Origin: Candidatus Cloacimonadales bacterium
GTDB taxonomy: Bacteria; Cloacimonadota; Cloacimonadia; Cloacimonadales; JAFGVF01
Direction: 5' to 3'
Assembly (NCBI GenBank): GCA_963667035.1
Contig: OY762964.1
Location: 192,001-256,000 of the forward strand
Length of the DNA: 64,000 nucleotides
The translations under genes were made by a program, and so were the position numbers. The notes beneath the pieces are model-generated. The model searched no databases. It was not told the DNA's origin and worked only from the letters and a program-made list of their open reading frames with translations. Shown here one piece after another: positions 9,728 through 17,274 of the stretch (its first letter is position 1; the number at the start of each line of letters is the position of its first letter).

Positions 9728-10180
9728 TTAAACGATACTATGATTAAGATACTGATAATCAGCAACAGATGGCAACAACCCATTCTCAATTGCCGTGGCA
9801 ATCGTAATTACTGGTAAACCCTCCGAAACTACTTGCTGAGGTGTGATTAATCTTAAATCAACACTCGGATTGGAGCGTGCTAATGCATACATCATCCGCA
9901 TAAATATCGAGTATGACTGATAATAACACTCGGGATCCATAAACTCGAGGTTGTAACTTTTTGAATAACTGGATAAATCGTACTTATAGCTTTCGCTGAT
10001 GTTTTGATAAAACATACCAAGATTAGCCGACCTGCTTCCGAAATTAGTGTTATTGACGGTTAATTCGGGATAAACCCATTCTCTCATGGTGACGCAATTG
10101 CAATTCTTTGGAGTGTAGTAAACACTTTTGCCTCTTTTCCCTTTCAGTTTTAGGAAAGGGAAGCTTAAGCTGACTTTCAT
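9728..10180 (-). CDS. Hypothetical protein (150 aa, basic N-terminus)
   Basis: ATG preceded by GGGAGGA RBS; terminator directly downstream; TTGACA-N17-ATTAAT upstream on the minus strand (-35 at 10377-10372). Confidence 0.75.
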   Translation of the reverse strand: MKVSLSFPFLKLKGKRGKSVYYTPKNCNCVTMREWVYPELTVNNTNFGSRSANLGMFYQNISESYKYDLSSYSKSYNLEFMDPECYYQSYSIFMRMMYALARSNPSVDLRLITPQQVVSEGLPVITIATAIENGLLPSVADYQYLNHSIV

Positions 10181-10185
10181 AGCTT

Positions 10186-10311
10186 CCTCCCATAGAGGTT
10201 AGTGCAGGAGTTGCACAGTTCGCTCTTTTACAGCAACAAACTCTACGGTATCATCTTCCCAATAAGAGTCATTACAACTCCGATGATTTCCATAGCATGC
10301 TGTCCTAACAG
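10186..10311 (-). promoter_or_regulatory. Candidate structured 5' leader RNA
   Basis: Five adjacent hairpin elements; several G-U pairs form only on the minus strand; last hairpin covers the SD. Confidence 0.5.
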
Positions 10312-10480
10312 ACGGGTAAAGATAAAAAAGTGTATCAACTTATAACCTATTAATGAACTGTTAAATATTTATGTCAAAACAAAAAGTTCATAAAGCACAA
10401 GAAAATATTTAATTACGTCAAAATTTCTCTTTCCGGGCTCCTTTTGGTCGTCCGCCAAGCACACTTTTCTAAAAAGTTTT

Positions 10481-10570
10481 TCTCCCATTTCTCTCCAGTT
10501 TCTATCTCATTGCGAGCAACGGGAGACCAACGGGAGAGCAACGGGAGACTAACCAGAGAGCAACCTGTGG
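10481..10570. repeat. Inverted array of 11-bp units (3 reverse + 5 forward)
   Basis: Forward GCAACGGGAGA-like units at 10516, 10527, 10538, 10549, 10560; reverse TCTCCCGTTGC-like units at 10481, 10492, 10503. Confidence 0.75.
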
Positions 10571-10612
10571 TTGGAGGAGGACTGGAAGGAGCTTAGAAAG
10601 AATCAGCCTTGA

Positions 10613-12001
10613 TGGCGAGTGACCCTTAAAAGTATCCACCCTAGGGAGGTCAAAGTTTTACCAAGAAAAATACTACGTAAACTACATGATATAATATCAT
10701 CAATAGAGACCGGTGTCTTTATGGGTTATATACTTGATAAAAATGCAGTTAATCAGTTAAAGGAATATTTTAATGAATTGGATTATTTCTAGAGAAATGC
10801 AGAGTAAATGTTTCATCCACGCAATGAGCGTAGCGAATGGAGGGGATGAAACATTCGCCTTGAATACTTGGATTATATATATCCTACAAAAAAAGAGTGC
10901 CAGCAATCTAAGAATCAGATATACTGACACTTATGTCATACTTAGAGATGAGATTACTCAGTAAAGAATTTAAGTCAAGAACTCTTTTACGGTATCAGAT
11001 GTATACTCTTTCAATGCAGCATGGCATATCTGAAACAGCTAGGATGTTAGGCACAACCAGAAAGACTGTTCGTCTCTGGAGAAATAGGTATCTTGAGCTT
11101 GGAGAGGCAGGTCTCGAGAATAAGTCCAGGGTTGGTCAGGAACATCCTCTGAAGATGCCAAAAGATATTGAAGATGCTATCATCAAAGAACGTAAAGATC
11201 GTGGCAATCCCGGAGCTCGCACTATAGTAAATAATCTGAAACTGCATTACTCAGCAAAGACCGTTCATAAGGTATTAAAGAGACATAAGCTTGTTCTGAA
11301 AAGAAAAACAAGATACAAGAAAAAGAAAGATATGTCAGCTGTAAGAGCACACTATAAGCCTATGCAGAAACTTCAGCTCGATGTTAAATATCTAAATGAT
11401 ATTGCTAAACAGAGTAGAGCATATGAGTCCGGTGCAATACCTATGTTTCAGATTACTGCCAGAGATTACAAGACAGGAATGGTATTTCTAGGCTTTACAA
11501 ACTATAAAGATGATCTCTCAACTGCCATTTTTGCGGATTACGTAATTGAATACCTAAAAGGGTTACATTGCTCTCCTAATGATATTACTTTCCAAACAGA
11601 TAACGGTACTGAATTTATTGAACCTCTTCATAGTAGAGTCACAATCTTTGAAGAAATCTTAAACAAGCATGGAGTAACTCATGTTCGTATACCTCCAAAA
11701 TCTCCAACATTCAACAGTGATGTAGAAAGCTTTCACAACACCATAGAACAAGAATTATATGATTATGAAGAGTTTAGAGACATTATATCTTTCATTAGTA
11801 AAGTCTTCATATATCAGACTTACTACAACCATATTCGTAAAATCAGGACTAGAGGTAACAAGGCCCCCGTTGAGTTAGTCGCAGAATATGGACTTAAGGC
11901 TAAAACTGCTGATTTATGCTTTATCCCCATATTCTGCGACTCTTTTAGAAAGAATTTTCTTGCTAACTACAAAACTGGATACTTTAAAGGGTTACCTCCC
12001 A
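10613..12001 (+). mobile_element. IS481-like insertion sequence (1389 bp)
   Basis: 25-bp imperfect IRs TGGCGAGTGACCCTTAAAAGTATCC vs reverse complement TGGGAGGTAACCCTTTAAAGTATCC (20/25); left boundary confirmed by a second copy starting at 41022. Confidence 0.8.
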
Positions 12002-12069
12002 GCAAATACTTTAGAGTATTTAAACAGATAGAAAGCTATCTCAAGAAAAGAAAATTAAACTTGAAGTAA
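10933..12069 (+). CDS. IS481-like DDE transposase (HTH + integrase core)
   Basis: N-terminal HTH (ISETARMLGTTRKTVRLWRNRY...GLENKSR); D-D-E in QLDVKY, QTDNGTEF, NSDVESFH; YYNHIR. Confidence 0.88.
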   Translation: MSYLEMRLLSKEFKSRTLLRYQMYTLSMQHGISETARMLGTTRKTVRLWRNRYLELGEAGLENKSRVGQEHPLKMPKDIEDAIIKERKDRGNPGARTIVNNLKLHYSAKTVHKVLKRHKLVLKRKTRYKKKKDMSAVRAHYKPMQKLQLDVKYLNDIAKQSRAYESGAIPMFQITARDYKTGMVFLGFTNYKDDLSTAIFADYVIEYLKGLHCSPNDITFQTDNGTEFIEPLHSRVTIFEEILNKHGVTHVRIPPKSPTFNSDVESFHNTIEQELYDYEEFRDIISFISKVFIYQTYYNHIRKIRTRGNKAPVELVAEYGLKAKTADLCFIPIFCDSFRKNFLANYKTGYFKGLPPSKYFRVFKQIESYLKKRKLNLK

Positions 12070-12076
12070 AAAAAGT

Positions 12077-12105
12077 TTGACAGGATTAAATGTAATTATT
12101 AAAAT
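12077..12105 (+). promoter_or_regulatory. Sigma-70-type promoter
   Basis: TTGACA-N17-TAAAAT upstream of the S8 peptidase gene. Confidence 0.65.
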
Positions 12106-12410
12106 CAAATAATAGATTAAAGTACACAGACATAAAATTTTATTGGGCAATAAGATTTAATATTTGGGTAAAACAGTTAACATTAACCTGATAGTGGTAT
12201 AATGTGAAGCGGAAAGAAAGGGAAGCACAATGATTCATTAACCTCCCATCAGGGCATTTGGATATGAGTGGAAGATTTTTTAATCCTTCACTTGTATTAA
12301 GGAGGGTAGTATTATGACTTTCAATTAGTACCAGAGTAATTTACTAAGAACCAATCCTTAAAAACCTACAGAAACTAATTTAACCAAACAAATAATCTAC
12401 GGAGAAATTA

Positions 12411-15400
12411 ATGAAACAGTATTTTATATTATGCATCTTACTTGTTACCGCTCTACTATCTGCAAATGTATTGGATAAAACAAATGTCTCGGTTCTGAAT
12501 CAGCTTTCCATACAATATCAACAAGAGTTTGAAAGAGAATATAATAGAGCTATATCCTTGGCTAAAAAAAATAATTGGCTAATTAATACTAGTGGTACTG
12601 ATGGCTCTGAAACTTCTTTAATAGAAGTCCGAAATGGAATTCCAATCTATTACGGAACTAATAATGCTAAAGCTGCAAAAACAATATCTACAAATGAAAT
12701 CACTGATACTGGATCTTCCCCTTTTCTAACAGGTTCTGGAATAGAAATCCGAATGTGGGATGGTTCAGGAATCATTAGAGACACACATAGGGAGTTTAAC
12801 GGAAGAATTACTTTAGGGGAAATCCCAACATTACAAGTTAAGGCTCATGGTACTAGTGTCGCAGGTACGATGATTGCTTCTGGTGTAAGCAGTAATGCAA
12901 AAGGTATGGCACCTAATGCAACGGTAAAAGATTTTAACTGGCATAATGATAAAGCGGAAATGGCTGCAGAAGCTGCTTCAGGAGCTCTACTTTCTAATCA
13001 TTCATACGGTGAAGTATGTGGATGGAGAGATGGAACATGGACGAGTTATTATAGCAGTTATGAAGACTACAGGTTTGGATTTTACTCAGACTCAGCTAGC
13101 GAATTAGATCAAATAACATATAGTGCTCCATATTATTTACAAGTTTGGTCAGCAGGAAATGATCGAAGTGATTATGCTCCTAATGATACACATCCAGATG
13201 ATGGACCTTATGACTGTATGGGACCCAAAAAGACTGCAAAAAACATTTTAACTGTTGGTGCAGTTGAAGATGTACCTAATGGTTATACTAATCCCAATTC
13301 AGTAATTATGACATCTTTTAGTAATTGGGGTCCTACCGATGATGGAAGGATTAAACCAGACATTTGTGCTAATGGTTATGAGTTATATACTTCGACTTCT
13401 GATAGTGATGATGCTTACGATAATGTATCTGGTACATCATTTGCAGCTCCATCAGTTACAGGATCATGTGCATTACTTCAACAGCATTACCATAATCTGA
13501 ATGGAACATATATGTTAGCTTCCACTTTAAAAGGTTTAGTAATAAACACTGCTGATGAGTGTGGTACAAGCGATGGTCCGGATTATGAATTTGGCTGGGG
13601 TTTAATGAATACTAAAGAAGCGATTGATACAATATCAGAAGACGGGATTAACTCATACATTGGTGAGTTTACTTTACATGATGGAGAAGTTTTCAGAATG
13701 GATGTATTCGTTCCAAATGCTCAAAGCTTAACTGCAACACTTTGTTGGACAGATGTACCAGGGAATCCTGTGCCAATACAAGTTGATCCAACAAACAGTA
13801 TGCTGGTAAATGATTTGGATATGAGAATCACTGACCAGAATAACAATACATTCTATCCATGGACACTTGATCCGGCAAATCCATCAAACCCAGCAGTGAA
13901 CACAGTTGATAATGCGATAGATAATGTTGAAAAAATTAACATAGACTGTCAAACATCGATTCATCGTATAACTATCTCACATAAAGGTACCTTAACATCT
14001 CCGCAGACATTTTCATTGATTTTAAATGGTGTAACTCCTCCTGAGATAGTATCGGGAGTTTTTGAATTGTCAAACAATCCAACATACTTTGGGACAGTTG
14101 AACTTACAATTCATAATGTGACAATCGGAAAGAGAAACACTACATTATTTGATGCTGATAATACATTTAGCTTATTTCTTAATTCATTTTGTGAATATGA
14201 ATTATTCTTTAGGCATAGCTCTTCAGAATACGAAAACTATTATGTCCATGTTCCTTTAGGTACTTCTACATTAGGATCATTAAGTACAATCCAATTCCCT
14301 TACAATCCAGACCATACATTAATAGTTGGGCAAGACTATCCAACAATACAAAATGCATTAGATAGGATCCAGAATGGTGGAGTTGTAGTTGTACCATCAG
14401 GGACATATACAGTAGACAACTTAACATGGCGAGATAAACATATTAAGTTGTTATCTATGCTTGCTGTACCTGCAACACTAACAAGTAGTACACATGCAAT
14501 TAACCTTGACTGGGAAGATCATGATAATACTGACATCATTGAAGGCTTTATCTTTGATGACTGTAATAATGCATATGAACCTACTGCATACGGACTTGCA
14601 ATAGCTCTTCATAACGGAGCCTCTCCACATGTTAAGAATTGTACATTTACTGATGCAAATTTAGAGTTCTTGCAAACTTCTACTCCTGATATATCTCAAC
14701 TTCAAGGGGCTGGAGCAACTGTAACAATTCAAGGTGTCCATAATCAAGTAAATAGTCCTTTGTTTACTAATTGTGATTTTAGTAATAATTTTGCAGGTAA
14801 TGCCCACGGTGGTGGTGCTGTAGCTCTATTTGGACAAGCTACTTTTGAGTATTGTACTTTCGATGGTAACTATTGCCAACAGATGAACGGTGCTAAGAGT
14901 ACAGGTGGAGCAATTTTAATTGCAAATCAAAATTATGTTAATACACCAGATTCAGAGATTTATACAGGTAACATTATCTTTGATCATTGTGTTTTTGTTG
15001 ATAATCAGTCTCAAGGTGGTGTCAATGATATTGATCTTGTGAGTAGCAAACTTCTAACATCCTTAAGTATTACTGATTGTTCTTTTGAAAGGACTACCGG
15101 AGCAATACCATCAGAGACTAATGCATCAAGTATTAGACTAATCGAGCATGATGTAAATGGCAATTTATTATGTCCTCATGAAATGGATTTAATCGTTGAA
15201 AGAAATACTTTCAAGAACTATGACTGCGGTATTGTTGATTTCTTCGATTACTGGGGAACATCATCACTAAGTTTTAGAAATAATGTAATTGATGTTTGTG
15301 ATAACTTCGGACTTTATGTAGATTATTCCGGTAGCTATGTTTCCAATTATGATTATTTCATTGCAGATAACAATACTTTCTTAAACATTGATGGTGATGG

Positions 15401-17198
15401 TATTGTACTCGATTGTGGAGATACTTATACATTACGTAATAACATATTCTCTAATATATCAGGTTATGGTGTAAAATGGGGACTTGGAGGAAGTTATGCT
15501 ACTGAGAATGTAAATATCAGTTATTGTCTCTTTAATCAGAATACATTAGGTGACTGGGATACAAATCTGAATGGAGTAATTAACGCAAGTAACAATCTTT
15601 TTAATGATCCAAATTTGGACTCAGCAGATTATAGACCAATTTGGGCCTCGACAGGGAAATCTCCATGCATAAATGCAGGAGATCCTGATTTGGATGGTGA
15701 TGGGATTAATTGGTTAACTGATACAGATGACCAGGATGATGCAGGCACTCAGATGGATATTGGTGCTAAAACATATCTTAATTCAATAAAACAGAATATT
15801 TATGAACTGAGCAATGACGAAGTGAAATATTTCTCAGTTCCTTCAGTGTATAATCCGGCAAATACAACCCATACATTCAATACTTGGGAAAATGTATTTA
15901 ATAAGCTTATTGATAATTTCGATTTTATGGAAATGAAATGGAAATGGAATGATTCCAATATTAATCACCCGAGTACTAATACCATTCCAAACCTATATGT
16001 TTGTTCTCAATATGGTTACAAAATCAAATACAACCCAAATGCTGCTAGTTTTACTTTACCATTCGAGTATGATGGTTTTCTACCGGGAAATACCAACAAT
16101 GCAGGAATGTATCTTAGTAATGAGAGTAGATACACAACTAAACTATATATTTTGGAACCCGAAGAGAATCAGCCTAATTGTGCATTCAATTTAACTACCG
16201 GTGTATTAGAAAGAGAGATATATCTCGGATATTACAAAGAAGGAAGTTTGAATCCATTTGTAGCACTTCAACCAATCATTAATGATATAACTGCAATATA
16301 TGCTGAGGACTGGGGAATGTCAAGAATGCCAGTTCCGGGTTATGTTTACCAGACAGGCGATGAGCCAAGTGACGCTTATACTGATAATTGGCTTGGTAGA
16401 ACAGAAGCTGATGCAGATATTGCAATCAATTATGGTGATATGGTAGTTGTTAAGTATATTGGAACTTCAAATGTCAAATTCAAATGGGGTGGTACAAATC
16501 CTAATCCACCATATTTGGATCAATATAAAAGAGTCATGGCTACTCATTTTGAATATGAAGAACAGCTTGAATATATGCCAATATATATTGATATTGATAT
16601 GGATGAATATGAAGATGGAGAAAAACCGGTTGAAGTCGCTGTTTTTGTTAATAAGAAATGTAAAGGTGCTGCGGTTATTAACGAAGGTCAGGCTCAATTA
16701 AATGCTTATGTTCTCAGTGATTCAACAACAGCAGTTAGTGAAATGACATTCCAGTTTTGGTTCCCAACTAAAAGCAAGTGTAAGAAAGTTCAGAATTACG
16801 AAGTATATAATCCTTTAAATGGTAAATATGAAAGAAAAATAGCTAATGTTAGTGATTATTCCGACTTCTTAAAAGTTTCTTTTAGTGATAAAGACCTAAA
16901 TGAAGGAATTGAAGTCCCAAGAGTTACTAAACTTACAGGCAACTATCCAAATCCTTTCAATCCTACTACAACAATCTTGTTTGATATTGCTAAGGATGGC
17001 AATGCCAAACTTGAAATCTTTAATATCAAAGGTCAGAAAGTAAAAACTTTGTTTAACGAAGAAATAAAGGCCGGAAGCTATAACATTAAATGGCATGGTG
17101 AAGATGATAATCATAAACCGTTAGCATCCGGAGTATACTTCTCACGCTTAACTACATCAGAAAAAGCATTGACAAAGAAAATGATTTTACTCAAATAA
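12411..17198 (+). CDS. Secreted S8 (subtilisin-like) peptidase with beta-helix region and T9SS type-A-like/FlgD-Ig C-terminal domain
   Basis: Signal peptide; catalytic triad motifs MWDG, HGTSVAG, GTSFAAP; SAGN; NC-F-NN repeats; NYPNPFNP...SGVYF...KKMILLK. Confidence 0.9.
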   Translation: MKQYFILCILLVTALLSANVLDKTNVSVLNQLSIQYQQEFEREYNRAISLAKKNNWLINTSGTDGSETSLIEVRNGIPIYYGTNNAKAAKTISTNEITDTGSSPFLTGSGIEIRMWDGSGIIRDTHREFNGRITLGEIPTLQVKAHGTSVAGTMIASGVSSNAKGMAPNATVKDFNWHNDKAEMAAEAASGALLSNHSYGEVCGWRDGTWTSYYSSYEDYRFGFYSDSASELDQITYSAPYYLQVWSAGNDRSDYAPNDTHPDDGPYDCMGPKKTAKNILTVGAVEDVPNGYTNPNSVIMTSFSNWGPTDDGRIKPDICANGYELYTSTSDSDDAYDNVSGTSFAAPSVTGSCALLQQHYHNLNGTYMLASTLKGLVINTADECGTSDGPDYEFGWGLMNTKEAIDTISEDGINSYIGEFTLHDGEVFRMDVFVPNAQSLTATLCWTDVPGNPVPIQVDPTNSMLVNDLDMRITDQNNNTFYPWTLDPANPSNPAVNTVDNAIDNVEKINIDCQTSIHRITISHKGTLTSPQTFSLILNGVTPPEIVSGVFELSNNPTYFGTVELTIHNVTIGKRNTTLFDADNTFSLFLNSFCEYELFFRHSSSEYENYYVHVPLGTSTLGSLSTIQFPYNPDHTLIVGQDYPTIQNALDRIQNGGVVVVPSGTYTVDNLTWRDKHIKLLSMLAVPATLTSSTHAINLDWEDHDNTDIIEGFIFDDCNNAYEPTAYGLAIALHNGASPHVKNCTFTDANLEFLQTSTPDISQLQGAGATVTIQGVHNQVNSPLFTNCDFSNNFAGNAHGGGAVALFGQATFEYCTFDGNYCQQMNGAKSTGGAILIANQNYVNTPDSEIYTGNIIFDHCVFVDNQSQGGVNDIDLVSSKLLTSLSITDCSFERTTGAIPSETNASSIRLIEHDVNGNLLCPHEMDLIVERNTFKNYDCGIVDFFDYWGTSSLSFRNNVIDVCDNFGLYVDYSGSYVSNYDYFIADNNTFLNIDGDGIVLDCGDTYTLRNNIFSNISGYGVKWGLGGSYATENVNISYCLFNQNTLGDWDTNLNGVINASNNLFNDPNLDSADYRPIWASTGKSPCINAGDPDLDGDGINWLTDTDDQDDAGTQMDIGAKTYLNSIKQNIYELSNDEVKYFSVPSVYNPANTTHTFNTWENVFNKLIDNFDFMEMKWKWNDSNINHPSTNTIPNLYVCSQYGYKIKYNPNAASFTLPFEYDGFLPGNTNNAGMYLSNESRYTTKLYILEPEENQPNCAFNLTTGVLEREIYLGYYKEGSLNPFVALQPIINDITAIYAEDWGMSRMPVPGYVYQTGDEPSDAYTDNWLGRTEADADIAINYGDMVVVKYIGTSNVKFKWGGTNPNPPYLDQYKRVMATHFEYEEQLEYMPIYIDIDMDEYEDGEKPVEVAVFVNKKCKGAAVINEGQAQLNAYVLSDSTTAVSEMTFQFWFPTKSKCKKVQNYEVYNPLNGKYERKIANVSDYSDFLKVSFSDKDLNEGIEVPRVTKLTGNYPNPFNPTTTILFDIAKDGNAKLEIFNIKGQKVKTLFNEEIKAGSYNIKWHGEDDNHKPLASGVYFSRLTTSEKALTKKMILLK

Positions 17199-17211
17199 AT
17201 TGTTAAGTACA

Positions 17212-17233
17212 TGGGGAAGGGAGACCTTCCCCA
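17212..17233 (+). terminator. Hairpin after the S8 gene (repeated in each tandem unit)
   Basis: TGGGGAAGG-gaga-CCTTCCCCA; weak T-tract. Confidence 0.55.
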
Positions 17234-17274
17234 CATTCCTCTATGTTATTAATAAACAAGATGAGAGGTTGTTT

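Noticed and set aside
10773..10964. 63-aa ORF upstream of the IS481-like transposase as an OrfA or frameshift partner
   Set aside because: No recognisable motif or SD, it overlaps the hairpin region, and the transposase already has its own HTH
17200..17274. N-terminal extension of paralog 1 given in the ORF track
   Set aside because: It runs through the hairpin; copies 2 and 3 have an in-frame stop in the equivalent stretch; the RBS supports the TTG at 17275
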